A stretch of DNA of 64,000 nt, taken from assembly GCA_964605735.1 (NCBI GenBank), contig CAZSDS010000001.1, forward strand, positions 573,864 to 637,863, written 5' to 3'. The notes beneath the pieces are model-generated. The model was not told the DNA's origin, did no database searches, and saw only the letters and a program-made list of their open reading frames with translations. The translations under genes and the position numbers were made by a program. The stretch comes from an uncultured Candidatus Saccharibacteria bacterium. GTDB taxonomy: Bacteria; Patescibacteriota; Doudnabacteria; UBA920; O2-02-FULL-48-8. Position 1 is the stretch's first letter; each line of letters opens with the position of its first letter. This document shows positions 7,977-18,512 of this stretch, one piece after another.

Positions 7977-9440
7977 ATGAGAAACTTTGATGGTATAAAC
8001 AACCACTTGGCAGAACGAACCAGCCTTGAACTACAGCCCAGAAGGAAAAAGAGGCGTTTTTGGAAATGGCTCTTGTTTTTTGTCATCATACTCGGCGGAG
8101 TAGGCGTATTTTATGGCTCAACAATCCTGAACAAAACCAACCAGATCTTCACCAACAAGACAAACATCTTCAAACGGGTTGGACAACTGATTGTTTCCGA
8201 TGACAAACCCCTGAAAGGTGAGGAAGAAACCGGCAAAGTCAGCGTCCTGCTGTTGGGAATTGGCGGACAAGGCCATGAAGGACCAAATCTAACCGACACC
8301 ATGATTGTGGCAACCATCGATATCAAGACCAAAGAAGTGTTGTTTACATCCATTCCGCGCGATTTCCTGGTTCAAATTCCGGGACGCGGCTACAACAAAA
8401 TTAACGCGGTCTATGCTTATGCAGAACTGGATAACGCAGGACGCGGCGGAGATGCTGCCATTGCCGCCGCTGAAAAAGTCACGGGACTTAAGATTCCGTA
8501 TTTCGCTGTGGTTGACTTTAAAGGGTTCGTGAAAGCGGTTGACCGGGTTGGCGGCCTGGATATTACAATCGACAGAACATTCACTGACAGCTCCTACCCT
8601 AATTACAATTACGGATATCTGCCGCCGCAGACCTTCACTAAAGGCAATGAACACATGAATGGCGAACGCGCCCTGATCTTTGCCCGCTCGCGCAAAGGCA
8701 ATAATGGCGAAGGCTCTGACTTTGCCCGTTCTGAGCGCCAAAAGAAAATTATGGTCGCGATGCGCGACAAGCTTCTCCAGCTTAACATCACAGATTTGGG
8801 AACCATCAACAACCTGCTCAGCGACTTTACTGAAAACTTCCGCACCAACTTTGAGCCTTATGAATTAAAGCGGCTGGCAAACATTGCCAAAGACATTAAC
8901 GGCGACAACACCTACTCGGTGTCTTTGGAACCGGACAACGTTCTGATCTGCGATGGCATGGTGGACATGGCTACCGGACGCCCTGCTCCCCCTCCTGTTC
9001 CAAAAACCGAAATAATCATCAATGAAGATGGCGAAGAAGAGGAAGTTATTGTGGAGGAAGCACCGGCCATAACCAGAATCTACGTGGTCCAACCATGTTC
9101 CGGTGTGACCCTGTCGCAAATCACCAATCACTTGATGATGGTTATGAGCGTAGCCAGCCTGCAAAAAGAAGCGGCTACAATTGAAGTAATCAATACCACA
9201 GGCAAGTCCACAGCCACACAGCGCTGGCGCGATCTGTCCTCCTCAGCAGCCGGCGTCACCATAAAATTCAGCAACAGTAAGACACCTGTGGACAGAAGCA
9301 TTTTGTACGACAACTCTAGCGGCAAGATGCCAAAGACCCTTGATTACTTAAATATGAATTTTGGTTTGGGTAAATCTGACCTTCCCTACACTCAGTCCAC
9401 GGCAGACTTTGTCATCATTCTAGGAAACGACTCCCTGTAA
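7977..9440 (+). CDS. LytR-CpsA-Psr (LCP) family protein
   Basis: 487 aa with an N-terminal TM anchor. It contains the core LCP motifs SVLLLGIGGQGHEGPNLTDTMIVATID and SIPRD. Confidence 0.85.
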   Translation: MRNFDGINNHLAERTSLELQPRRKKRRFWKWLLFFVIILGGVGVFYGSTILNKTNQIFTNKTNIFKRVGQLIVSDDKPLKGEEETGKVSVLLLGIGGQGHEGPNLTDTMIVATIDIKTKEVLFTSIPRDFLVQIPGRGYNKINAVYAYAELDNAGRGGDAAIAAAEKVTGLKIPYFAVVDFKGFVKAVDRVGGLDITIDRTFTDSSYPNYNYGYLPPQTFTKGNEHMNGERALIFARSRKGNNGEGSDFARSERQKKIMVAMRDKLLQLNITDLGTINNLLSDFTENFRTNFEPYELKRLANIAKDINGDNTYSVSLEPDNVLICDGMVDMATGRPAPPPVPKTEIIINEDGEEEEVIVEEAPAITRIYVVQPCSGVTLSQITNHLMMVMSVASLQKEAATIEVINTTGKSTATQRWRDLSSSAAGVTIKFSNSKTPVDRSILYDNSSGKMPKTLDYLNMNFGLGKSDLPYTQSTADFVIILGNDSL

Positions 9441-9454
9441 ATTCCACTACTTAG

Positions 9455-9482
9455 AAACGCCAGCTTGAAGCTGGCGTTTTGA
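9455..9482 (+). terminator. Rho-independent terminator after the LCP gene
   Basis: Hairpin aacgccagcttgaagctggcgtt followed by tttt. Confidence 0.7.
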
Positions 9483-9543
9483 TTTTCCAAAGTATGGCTT
9501 AAAGCTGCAATTTTTGCTATAGTTAAGGTCGTAAACTAAATTT

Positions 9544-10866
9544 ATGCGCTTACCTTTAGTAGCAATCATTGGTTTGCCCAACAGCGGCAAATCAACATTT
9601 TTTAACAAGGTCCTTGGACGGCGAACTGCTCTGACACATGACGAAGCAGGAACCACCAGAGACCGAGCCTACGGCCAGACTGAATGGAATGGCCTGGGTT
9701 TTTATTTGATTGATACCGCGGGCATCATCCCCCGCCCTGATTCGCCTCTTGAAAAAAACATCCAAAGGCAAACAACGATCGCCATTAATGAAGCTGATTT
9801 GATCGTATTAATGGTGGACGGAAAATCAAACCCATCCACTGAGAGCATCAACGTGGCAAAAAAACTGCAGCGCTCAAAGAAGCCGGTAATTTTGGTGGCA
9901 AACAAAATTGACGTACACAGCCCTAAACACGTTGCCGCTGCCGAGAACTTCCGCAAGCTTGGACTGGGCGCCCCGTTTACAACTTCCGCAATCAGCGGGT
10001 CCGGCGTGGGCGATGTCCTGGACCAGATTACGGAAATTTTGAGAAAAGACTTCTCTGCAAAGAAAGATGAATTTGAAGGACGCTTGCGCGTGGCATTCGT
10101 GGGCAAACCAAACGTCGGTAAATCGTCTCTCATCAATAAACTGCTTGGCGAAGACCGTTTGGTGGTGGACTCAAAAGCCGGAACTACCCGCTCCACAGTG
10201 GAAATCCCTTTTGAGCGCGGCGACAAAGAATTTGTTTTGATCGACACAGCAGGCATAAAGAAAAAATACAAGCAGGATTTTGACGTTGATGCCGCGGCCA
10301 TGATGCAGTCTTTGCGCACCATCAGCCAGATTGACGTGGCTCTGTTTGTGATTGATGCCAAGGAACGGATTACTGTTCAGGACCAGATTATTGCCCAGCG
10401 CATCATTGAACAAAAAAAGCCGGTCATAGTTTTGCTCAACAAGGTTGACCAGCTGGACGAAGACGAACAGCAGAAGCGGCTGGATATTCTTCCTGACTAT
10501 TTCCCCCAAATCTGGTGGGCGCCGGTAGTATTCACCTCAAGCGTAAGCGGCATGGGTCTGGAAAAAGCACTGGAACTTGCCCACGCAGCGTACCAAACCG
10601 CCAACCGGGAAATTGACGTGGTGGAACTGGACGCTTTCCTTGATAAAATTTTGAAAGAACACATGCCCGGCAAAATGGATGACCAGCGCAAGCCTAAAAT
10701 TTACAACATCAAACAAACTGCAGTGAGGCCGCCAACTTTTAAAGTTACCGTCAACTTTCCTAACGCTATCGCTCCGTCCTGGAGAAAGTTTCTGGAAAAA
10801 CGGTTCAGGTTAAAATTCGGGTTTGAAGGCACTCCAATTGTCTTTACATATATAAGGAAACAATAA
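9544..10866 (+). CDS. der: GTPase Der (EngA), with two GTPase domains plus a KH-like C-terminal domain
   Basis: 440 aa. The P-loops GLPNSGKSTFFN and GKPNVGKSSLIN are in tandem. Confidence 0.93.
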   Translation: MRLPLVAIIGLPNSGKSTFFNKVLGRRTALTHDEAGTTRDRAYGQTEWNGLGFYLIDTAGIIPRPDSPLEKNIQRQTTIAINEADLIVLMVDGKSNPSTESINVAKKLQRSKKPVILVANKIDVHSPKHVAAAENFRKLGLGAPFTTSAISGSGVGDVLDQITEILRKDFSAKKDEFEGRLRVAFVGKPNVGKSSLINKLLGEDRLVVDSKAGTTRSTVEIPFERGDKEFVLIDTAGIKKKYKQDFDVDAAAMMQSLRTISQIDVALFVIDAKERITVQDQIIAQRIIEQKKPVIVLLNKVDQLDEDEQQKRLDILPDYFPQIWWAPVVFTSSVSGMGLEKALELAHAAYQTANREIDVVELDAFLDKILKEHMPGKMDDQRKPKIYNIKQTAVRPPTFKVTVNFPNAIAPSWRKFLEKRFRLKFGFEGTPIVFTYIRKQ

Positions 10867-10870
10867 CGCC

Positions 10871-11410
10871 ATGTATTTAATCGTCGGCCTGGGTAATCCA
10901 GGAAAACAATATGAATTGACCAGGCACAATGTCGGGTTCAGGGTCTTGGATTTGCTTGCTGGATCAGGGCAGTGGGAAAACAAATACGACGCGCAATTCA
11001 TCAAAACCATGGATGTCTTGCTGGCCAAGCCGCAAACTTTCATGAACCTCAGCGGCAAATCAGTGGCGCAGATTCTAAAATACTATCCTGACGCCCAGCT
11101 GGTAGTCATTCACGATGAGCTTGATCTGCCGCTTGGGTCCATCAAAATAATGAAGGGTGCCAGCTCAGCCGGGCATAATGGTGTGCAGTCAATTATTGAC
11201 GAACTTGGCACCAAAGATTTTATCCGCATCCGCGTTGGCGTGAACAATGCTGAAACAAGACAGCAAACCCCGGGAGACGCCTACGTTCTGCAAAAGTTCA
11301 CCCAGGAAGAAGAAAATATTCTGAACGAAGTCCTGGTTAAAGCCAAGGATGCGGCAGATACAATCCAGACTGATGGCCTTGAAATGGCTCAGTCAAAATT
11401 CAACGGATAG
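10871..11410 (+). CDS. pth: Peptidyl-tRNA hydrolase
   Basis: 179 aa. MYLIVGLGNPGKQYELTRHNVGF is the canonical Pth N-terminus. Confidence 0.93.
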   Translation: MYLIVGLGNPGKQYELTRHNVGFRVLDLLAGSGQWENKYDAQFIKTMDVLLAKPQTFMNLSGKSVAQILKYYPDAQLVVIHDELDLPLGSIKIMKGASSAGHNGVQSIIDELGTKDFIRIRVGVNNAETRQQTPGDAYVLQKFTQEEENILNEVLVKAKDAADTIQTDGLEMAQSKFNG

Positions 11411-11436
11411 CCAAAAACTTAAACCGACTTAAAAGA

Positions 11437-11467
11437 AAACCGGACTGCGAAAGTCCGGTTTTCTTTG
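11437..11467 (+). terminator. Rho-independent terminator after pth
   Basis: Hairpin aaccggactgcgaaagtccggtt followed by ttctttg. Confidence 0.7.
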
Positions 11468-11624
11468 ATGTTCTAAACCCTACCCACGAGCCTAAGGCAA
11501 GAAAGGAAAACCTGACCGGCCTTAAATTGATGGCTACTTGCGAACAATAGGAGGGATGCTGCTCACGTTTGCCACTCGCAAGGTAGGATCTAAAACACCA
11601 TTGAAGTTATAAACAGCTTGGGTA

Positions 11625-11654
11625 TTGCCAGGTTATCAGGTGTTTTCGTATAAT
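11625..11654 (+). promoter_or_regulatory. Sigma70-like promoter for dprA
   Basis: TTGCCA-N18-TATAAT, about 75 nt upstream of the dprA ATG. Confidence 0.5.
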
Positions 11655-11730
11655 CACCTCTTGCCTAAGCAAGCCTGTTCAACCCACATATTCTAATACG
11701 AACAGTGCATATTAGCAAAAACCGACCAAA

Positions 11731-12816
11731 ATGTCAACCCCTAACCACATTTACTGGCATGCACTTAATACCCTGATTTTCGAAGGTTTATGCCAATTTC
11801 TCCCTGCAGCAAGACAGCTTGGAGGGCCGGAAAATCTTTACCACGCGAGCGAAAACCGTCTGGTTAAAGCCGGCTTAAACCCCGCGCTTATCAAAAAAAT
11901 TATACCAAAGAGAATAAATATCAATCCAGCAGTTGAGTTTGGAAAACTAACCAAATCAGGGATCATTACTGTTTGTATTGAAGATAAGAATTATCCAAAA
12001 CCTTTGCGGGAAATTCCCTGCCCTCCCCCAATACTATATGTAAGAGGAAACCCAGACTTGCTTTTGGAAGATTCACTGGGCGTGGTGGGTAGCCGGAAAA
12101 TTTCAGGCTACGGAAAAGATGCAGTCAAACAGCTCGTACCGGATATGGTCAGCTATGGTTTGGCCATAGTTTCCGGAATGGCTTTTGGCGTGGATGCGGC
12201 CGCCTTAAACAGCTGTATAGAGAGCGGCGGACGCCCAGTAAGCGTCCTGGCCAGCAGTTTGGATTTTCGCGAGATCTCACCTCGCTCGCATCTCCCTTTG
12301 GCAAAGCGGATAATTGAAAAAGGTTGTCTGATTTCTGAAAATCCGCCGGGCAAACCACCACACAAGTTACTTTATCCACTGCGCAATCGTATTATTTCAG
12401 GACTGAGCAAAGGCGTGGTGCTTATCGAAGCAGCCATGGAAAGCGGCTCGCTCATCACCGCCAAATACGCCTTGGAACAGAATCGGGAGATTTTTTGCGT
12501 ACCCGGCCCGATCTTTTCCGGAAACTCATCCGGCACAAACGAATTGATCAAGCAGGGCGCCAAGTGCGTTACTTCGTTCCATGACATTGCCAGAGAGTTT
12601 GGCTGGGACCTGAAGCCTGTTCAACAAATTTTGGAGTTTGACAATGAACTGCATCAAAACATTTGCTCGCATTTGGCGCAAACACCACTGAGCATAAACG
12701 ACCTGGTTTCCAGAACAGGATTTCCCCCTGACGAAATCCTGGCAGCCGCAACAGAACTTGAAATCAAAGGCATCCTGCGGCGCTCCTTTGACGGAATGTA
12801 TGCTAAGATTAAGTAA
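11731..12816 (+). CDS. dprA: DNA processing protein DprA (Smf)
   Basis: 361 aa with a Rossmann-like DprA core (GVVGSRKIS...GLAIVSGMAFGVDAAA...GGRPVSVLASSLD) plus a C-terminal DprA_WH-like extension. Confidence 0.9.
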   Translation: MSTPNHIYWHALNTLIFEGLCQFLPAARQLGGPENLYHASENRLVKAGLNPALIKKIIPKRININPAVEFGKLTKSGIITVCIEDKNYPKPLREIPCPPPILYVRGNPDLLLEDSLGVVGSRKISGYGKDAVKQLVPDMVSYGLAIVSGMAFGVDAAALNSCIESGGRPVSVLASSLDFREISPRSHLPLAKRIIEKGCLISENPPGKPPHKLLYPLRNRIISGLSKGVVLIEAAMESGSLITAKYALEQNREIFCVPGPIFSGNSSGTNELIKQGAKCVTSFHDIAREFGWDLKPVQQILEFDNELHQNICSHLAQTPLSINDLVSRTGFPPDEILAAATELEIKGILRRSFDGMYAKIK

Positions 12817-13956
12817 ATGGACTACCCCCGATTCAACAAAATTTTGATTGTTCTGGTTTTAATTGCCGTTGCCGCCGGTGCGTCTTTGGCTCTGAACAAT
12901 TTGATTGCACCTGAGAAACTGAATGAAACCAACCCTCCGGCTTACCAGCTGGAAGAGGAGATAAAACCAAAAGAGACCTCCCTGTTCTTTGCGGGTGACA
13001 TCATGTTGTCCAGGAACGTCGGGACTAAAATTTTCCAAGCCAATGACCCAAATCTTCCTTACAATAATGTAAAAGGGTGGATCGGACGCGCAGACCTAAG
13101 CTTTGCCAACCTGGAATCCCCTTTCAATACTACAGGCTCGCGTGTAACCCAAGGCTTGGTGTTCAAGGCAGAACCAAACACCATAACAGGACTGGTTGAT
13201 TCAGGCTTTGATATCCTTTCAACGGCAAACAACCATACCTTCGACCAAGGCAGGGCAGGGCTTAACTACACCCTCACCTGGCTGAGGGAAAACAACCTGA
13301 CTCCTGTGGGCACCGGCGCTGACTGTCATGAGGGTGTAATAAAAGAAGTAAATGGAATCAAGTTCGGATATCTTGCGTACTCTTATGCCGCGTACAATGA
13401 CGGCGGCAGAATCCCTGACCCTCTGGTCTGTGACTGGAATGATTTGGAGCAAATCACAACCGACGTTATCGCACTTAAAGCCAAAACAGATGTGGTCATT
13501 GTTTCCAGTCATATGGGCGCAGAATACAGGCGATCCCCTGAGCCAGCCAATGCCGCAGCCGCGCGCACAGTGATAGATGCCGGGGCAGACTTGTTCATTG
13601 GCCACCACCCTCACTGGGTCCAAACAATCGAAGAGTATAAAGGAAAATATATTTTCTACTCGCTGGGCAATTTCGTCTTTGACCAAATGTGGAGCGAAGA
13701 CACAATGGAAGGTTTGGCCTTAGAAGTGTTGTTTAAAGACAAAAACTTGGATAAAATTACTTTATTGCCGGTGGTAATTGAAAACTACTGCTGTCCGCGC
13801 CCTGCAGACACTGCTGAAACAAAAAGAATTTTGCAAAAAATAAACCCTCTGGTGCAAACAACCACCCTTGTTTCCAATGGCGTTATCGCCGCTGATTGGC
13901 ATGCCGCACTGTCCAACAAAGGGCAGGTTCTTAAAGCCCAGCAACTTGACAACTAG
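12817..13956 (+). CDS. CapA/PGA_cap family metallophosphatase-like protein (poly-gamma-glutamate capsule biosynthesis-like)
   Basis: 379 aa with an N-terminal TM anchor. It carries the PGA_cap-type motifs SLFFAGDIMLSRNVG and LSFANLESPF. Confidence 0.75.
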   Translation: MDYPRFNKILIVLVLIAVAAGASLALNNLIAPEKLNETNPPAYQLEEEIKPKETSLFFAGDIMLSRNVGTKIFQANDPNLPYNNVKGWIGRADLSFANLESPFNTTGSRVTQGLVFKAEPNTITGLVDSGFDILSTANNHTFDQGRAGLNYTLTWLRENNLTPVGTGADCHEGVIKEVNGIKFGYLAYSYAAYNDGGRIPDPLVCDWNDLEQITTDVIALKAKTDVVIVSSHMGAEYRRSPEPANAAAARTVIDAGADLFIGHHPHWVQTIEEYKGKYIFYSLGNFVFDQMWSEDTMEGLALEVLFKDKNLDKITLLPVVIENYCCPRPADTAETKRILQKINPLVQTTTLVSNGVIAADWHAALSNKGQVLKAQQLDN

Positions 13957-14007
13957 AGGATTGTCGAATAAGAATGATAAAAGTTAATTGACCCAAGACG
14001 AGAAAAC

Positions 14008-16257
14008 ATGAGCAAATCAAAGACATTAGTCATAGTAGAGTCACCAACCAAAGCAAAAACCATTTCAAAATTCCTCGACGGCAAATATAAAGTCGAGGCG
14101 TCTTTTGGTCATATCCGGGACTTGCCGTCCAGCAAGATGGGCGTTGACATTGAAAACAATTTTGAACCGAAATACCTTGTTCCGCCAAAAGCAAAAAAGC
14201 GGGTGGCTGAACTGAAGAAACTTGCAAAAGACGCTCCTGAAGTAATCCTTGCTCCCGATGAAGACCGTGAAGGAGAGGCTATTGCCTGGCACTTGATAGA
14301 AGCCCTTGGTTTAAAAAAGGATAAGATCAAGCGCATCGCGTTCCATGAAATTACCAAAACTGCCATCCAGAATGCCCTGGAAAATCCACGCGACATCGAC
14401 ACCAACCTGGTAGATGCACAACAGGCGCGCCGCGTATTGGACCGCTTGGTTGGATATGAACTGTCACCTTTCTTATGGAAGAAAGTCAGGCGCGGACTTT
14501 CTGCCGGACGCGTACAGAGTGTTGCCGTCAGGCTGATTGTTGAGAGAGAGCAGGAAATCAGAAAATTCGTTCCTCAGGAATACTGGAGCATTACGGCTTT
14601 CTTCGAGAAAGACGGCAAATTCAGCGGCAAGCTGTTTAAGATCGACGGCAAGAGTTTGGATAAATTCGAAGTTAAGGATGAAGCACACGCCAAGAAAATC
14701 CTGTCCGACTTGAAACATAACCCGGCAATAGTCACGGAAGTCGTCAAAAAAGAAGTGAAGCGCTCCCCTGCTGCGCCATTCATCACCTCAACTCTTCAGC
14801 AGGAAGCTGCGCGCAAGCTTGGCTACTCCGCCAAACAGACCATGATGTACGCCCAACAGCTCTATGAAGGCGTTGAGCTTGGCGACGGCACAGCCACAGG
14901 CTTAATCACCTACATGCGTACCGACTCTGTAAACCTCTCTGAGTTTGCACTTGATTCGGCGCGCACTACCATCTCCCAGAAATTCGGCAAGGACTACCTG
15001 CTGGACACTCCGCGCAAATATTCCTCCAAGTCAAAAAACGCGCAGGAAGCCCATGAAGCCATTCGCCCAACTGACCTGACCCGCGACCCTGAAAGCGTCA
15101 AGGAACATTTGGACCGCAACCAATATCGTCTGTATGATTTGATTTGGAAACGAACCATTGCCACCCAGATGCCAGAAGCTGTATTTGACGCGACAAGCGT
15201 TGATATTGAAATCAAAGGCGACAAGAAGCAGTACATTTTCCGCGCCACCGGACAGACCATCAAGTTCGACGGCTTCATGAAAGTGTACTTGGAAGGCACT
15301 GACGACGAAGAACAGGAAGAGGAAGGAATTTTGCCTGACCTGAAAAAAGGTGATGAGCCAAAAGTCTTGCGGGTTGAACCAAAACAGCACTTTACCCAAC
15401 CGCCGCCTCGCTACACTGATGCCACACTGATCAAAGCTTTGGAAGAGCATGGCATTGGCCGCCCTTCCACCTATGCGCCAACAATTTCCACTATCCAGGA
15501 CCGCGGGTATGTGGAGAAAATCGACAAAAAATTCCACCCAACGGAAATCGGTTTTATTGTTAACGATATCCTGGTGGAACACTTCCCTAAAGTAGTTGAT
15601 CTGGCTTTTACCGCAAACATGGAAGACTCCTTGGATGAAATTGCGGAGGGCAAAAAAGAATGGGTTCCGGTGATCCGCGAATTTTACGAACCATTCCACG
15701 AGAACCTCAAAACCAAAGAAAAGGAAGTGGAAAAACACGTTGAACAACTGGATGAAAAATGCCCGGAATCCGGACATCCGCTGATTGTTAAGTTCGGCCG
15801 GTTTGGCAAGTTTATCGCCTGCTCCAACTATCCTGAGTGCAAGTACACCCGGCCAATGCCGGAAGAGCAGAAACTGATTGAGGAAAACAGCGGAGAGATC
15901 TGCGAAAAATGCGGCAAGCCTATGGTAGTCAAGTTCGGCCGGTTTGGCTCGTTCCTGGGCTGTTCCGGATACCCAGACTGCAAGAACATCAAAAAGATTC
16001 TAAAAACCACTGGCGTGGAATGTCCGCAGTGCGGCAAAGGTGAACTGGTTGAAAAGAAAAGCAAGCGCGGCACTTTTTATTCCTGCTCCAAATACCCGGA
16101 ATGCAAATTCATACTGCCAACCAAACCGACTGGCGAAAAATGCCCGCGTTGCAGATCACTGCTGATCTATGCCAAAGACGGTATGGTCAAGTGCAGCCAG
16201 AAAGGCTGTGAATTCGAAAAAGAACAGCAACCCCAAACCGAGGAAGTAAAAAATTAA
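14008..16257 (+). CDS. topA: DNA topoisomerase I with C-terminal zinc-ribbon repeats
   Basis: 749 aa. TLVIVESPTKAKTISKFLG is the Toprim domain. The C-terminus has four Cys4 ribbons (CPESGHPLIVKFGRFGKFIACSNYPECKY and repeats). Confidence 0.95.
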   Translation: MSKSKTLVIVESPTKAKTISKFLDGKYKVEASFGHIRDLPSSKMGVDIENNFEPKYLVPPKAKKRVAELKKLAKDAPEVILAPDEDREGEAIAWHLIEALGLKKDKIKRIAFHEITKTAIQNALENPRDIDTNLVDAQQARRVLDRLVGYELSPFLWKKVRRGLSAGRVQSVAVRLIVEREQEIRKFVPQEYWSITAFFEKDGKFSGKLFKIDGKSLDKFEVKDEAHAKKILSDLKHNPAIVTEVVKKEVKRSPAAPFITSTLQQEAARKLGYSAKQTMMYAQQLYEGVELGDGTATGLITYMRTDSVNLSEFALDSARTTISQKFGKDYLLDTPRKYSSKSKNAQEAHEAIRPTDLTRDPESVKEHLDRNQYRLYDLIWKRTIATQMPEAVFDATSVDIEIKGDKKQYIFRATGQTIKFDGFMKVYLEGTDDEEQEEEGILPDLKKGDEPKVLRVEPKQHFTQPPPRYTDATLIKALEEHGIGRPSTYAPTISTIQDRGYVEKIDKKFHPTEIGFIVNDILVEHFPKVVDLAFTANMEDSLDEIAEGKKEWVPVIREFYEPFHENLKTKEKEVEKHVEQLDEKCPESGHPLIVKFGRFGKFIACSNYPECKYTRPMPEEQKLIEENSGEICEKCGKPMVVKFGRFGSFLGCSGYPDCKNIKKILKTTGVECPQCGKGELVEKKSKRGTFYSCSKYPECKFILPTKPTGEKCPRCRSLLIYAKDGMVKCSQKGCEFEKEQQPQTEEVKN

Positions 16258-16276
16258 ACACAATTAAGGGAAAACA

Positions 16277-16480
16277 ATGGACACAGAACAAGGAAGGTCA
16301 TTGGAGGAATTAAAGGCGATCGAGGAATCCCTGCGAAACGAGATTGCTCAGTTGGACGCCAAAGGCGACCACGGAGAAGAATGGAACGCCAAAAATCTCC
16401 AATACGATCAGATCCAGGAAGAACTTAAAAGATTCGAGCACTCTGGCATGGGCAGCCAGGATGCAGACCAAGCCGCTTAA
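16277..16480 (+). CDS. Small acidic hypothetical protein (67 aa)
   Basis: ORF immediately after topA. A terminator follows directly. Coding status is unverified. Confidence 0.4.
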   Translation: MDTEQGRSLEELKAIEESLRNEIAQLDAKGDHGEEWNAKNLQYDQIQEELKRFEHSGMGSQDADQAA

Positions 16481-16483
16481 CAA

Positions 16484-16512
16484 AAAAACCGCTGTTAGGC
16501 GGTTTTTTTCAA
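16484..16512. terminator. Bidirectional rho-independent terminator
   Basis: Hairpin aaaccgctgttaggcggttt flanked by an A-run and a T-run. It serves both the plus-strand sORF and the minus-strand LOG gene. Confidence 0.7.
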
Positions 16513-17166
16513 AATTTCTTTAACCTCTTCCACAGTGTCTGCAAACTGAACCAGTTTCAGGTCACGCTTCTGGTCTATGTAGTAACCGTGTTTTCGCGGC
16601 ACTGTGTTGAGCCATTTAAACAAACCCTCCCAGTACTTGCGGTCAACGCAGATGATCGGCACCTGGTCAATATAGTTAATCTGCATTAGCACAATGTATT
16701 CGAACAATTCATTAAGAGTACCGTATCCCCCAGGATAGAAAATTAAGGCATCGCTTTTCAAGGACAGGATGAAACGGCGGACAAACAAAAAATGGTAAGT
16801 GCTCTGGTCAGTATAAATTTTGCTGGTCACGCGCTCGTTATGTATCACAGCTTTGATGCCGATGGATGTCCCTTTGGCATCATAAGCTCCCAAATTTCCC
16901 GCATGCATGATCCCAGGACCGCCCCCTGTGACAATGGCATAACCTTCTTGAGCCAGTTCCTTGCCCAGACGGTAAGCGTGTTTGTAATGCTTGCTTGAAG
17001 GCTTTGACTTATGGGAACCCAAAAACGAAATGATTGGCTGGTGTATTTTGTTAAGAAGTTTCAATCCAACGTCTATTTCCTTTTTCACTCTCCCTGTAGT
17101 CCACTTGCTGTTAAGGTACTTGCTGTTTACTGTCTTCTTCTTCATTTTCCTATAAGTTCCTTTCAT
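16495..17166 (-). CDS. LOG family protein (TIGR00730 Rossmann-fold nucleotide-binding / cytokinin riboside 5'-monophosphate phosphoribohydrolase-like)
   Basis: 223 aa with the LOG-family motifs GGGPGIMHAGNLGAYDAKGTSIGI and PGGYGTLNELFE. The true start may be the second or third Met. Confidence 0.85.
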   Translation of the reverse strand: MKGTYRKMKKKTVNSKYLNSKWTTGRVKKEIDVGLKLLNKIHQPIISFLGSHKSKPSSKHYKHAYRLGKELAQEGYAIVTGGGPGIMHAGNLGAYDAKGTSIGIKAVIHNERVTSKIYTDQSTYHFLFVRRFILSLKSDALIFYPGGYGTLNELFEYIVLMQINYIDQVPIICVDRKYWEGLFKWLNTVPRKHGYYIDQKRDLKLVQFADTVEEVKEILKKTA

Positions 17167-18414
17167 TTAATCATTCTTTATAAAAATGCTGTTTCCAAAT
17201 AACCAGTAGGTAAAGGCTTTCCACGGGTTCATTATTGACAGGAAATATCGCAAATCAGCAAATTTCCTAATGATCCAGCCCGGAAAACCGGAAATGATGA
17301 CGTTCTTAGTATATAGGATAGCAAATTTTCCTGCTGCAGGGATGACATATCTTGTTGGGCCAGGAAAATACGGCTGAAGCTCCTTCTCCGAAGCCATGCG
17401 GAATACATTTTTGGCAACGTGACCGCCCTGCCTGATGGCCTCCTGTGCGGTCTGGGGAACCAGTTTTTTGGTCGCAGGGTCAGTATAACAAAGATTGTCC
17501 CCGGCAATGAATACCCTGGGGTATTTTTTCAGGTTCAAAAAATCAGTGGTTGGGGTTCGGTCTTTTTTGTCCCGTTCCAAGTCGTTGGAAGCCGGCAAAC
17601 GGCAGGACCTGACTCCTCCGGTCCAGACCAGAAGATCACACGGAACACGTTCTTTGTTGTTTAAGACCACATAATCCTTGCCTGCCTCTGTGATCAAAGT
17701 GGAAAATCTCATTTCAATCTTCCTGCTGGCAAGCCTTTCCTGCAAAATTGCCGCCACTCGTTCAGACAAACCCGGCAAAAGCGTAGGCGCACCCTCAACC
17801 AGCATGAGCTTGAAATTATCCATGTTCTTGCCGTGCGTTTCGCATTCGTGCCTGATAAGGTTATGCAACTCACCGGCAAACTCTGAGCCAGCAAACCCGC
17901 CTCCCCCAATAACCAACTGGCCACTGTCTTTCTTTGACATGATTTCTTCCACGCGGTTCCTGATCATGACAGCGTCCTCCAGGCTTTTTAAGGAGAATCC
18001 GTATTTTTCAAGGTTAGGGATGCCGTAGTAATCAGCTATGCTGCCCATGGCCACCACCAAATAATCATAGTGCAAAACGCGGCTGTCAGTAGTGACCAAC
18101 CCATTCTCCATATCGATATTTTCAATGTACGCTTTGTGGACTTTAACTTTTGAACGCTTGAACACAAGGTCAAAAGGGATGGTTACGGATCGTTTTATGT
18201 TTTTTGCTTCCACCATACCGCTCTCAGCAGTTGCAGCCTCATACAGGGCCGAATAATACGTCTGATAGTCCTTCCTGTCGATGACAATAACCTGATATTC
18301 CGGCTTATGCTTGAAATATTCTGCCAAATCCAGTGCGGCGCGGATGCCGGCGAAGCCACCTCCTAGCACTATGATATTTTTTTGTTCTGAAATGTTTGAT
18401 TTTGGTGTCGACAT
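17167..18414 (-). CDS. ndh: Type II NADH dehydrogenase / FAD-dependent pyridine nucleotide-disulfide oxidoreductase
   Basis: 415 aa. It has two dinucleotide-binding GxGxxG motifs (IVLGGGFAGI and IGGGGFAGSEFA) and an overall NDH-2 architecture. Confidence 0.8.
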   Translation of the reverse strand: MSTPKSNISEQKNIIVLGGGFAGIRAALDLAEYFKHKPEYQVIVIDRKDYQTYYSALYEAATAESGMVEAKNIKRSVTIPFDLVFKRSKVKVHKAYIENIDMENGLVTTDSRVLHYDYLVVAMGSIADYYGIPNLEKYGFSLKSLEDAVMIRNRVEEIMSKKDSGQLVIGGGGFAGSEFAGELHNLIRHECETHGKNMDNFKLMLVEGAPTLLPGLSERVAAILQERLASRKIEMRFSTLITEAGKDYVVLNNKERVPCDLLVWTGGVRSCRLPASNDLERDKKDRTPTTDFLNLKKYPRVFIAGDNLCYTDPATKKLVPQTAQEAIRQGGHVAKNVFRMASEKELQPYFPGPTRYVIPAAGKFAILYTKNVIISGFPGWIIRKFADLRYFLSIMNPWKAFTYWLFGNSIFIKND

Positions 18415-18430
18415 GAATAAAAAAGCGAAT

Positions 18431-18472
18431 AAAAAAGCACTTTGATTATATCACATTCCAAGTGCTTTTTTG
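18431..18472. terminator. Bidirectional terminator between the copper operon and ndh
   Basis: Hairpin gcactttgattatatcacattccaagtgc with A/T runs on both sides. Confidence 0.6.
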
Positions 18473-18512
18473 AGAATTTTCCGATAAATAAATTTTTGTG
18501 GCTGGTTTTTGT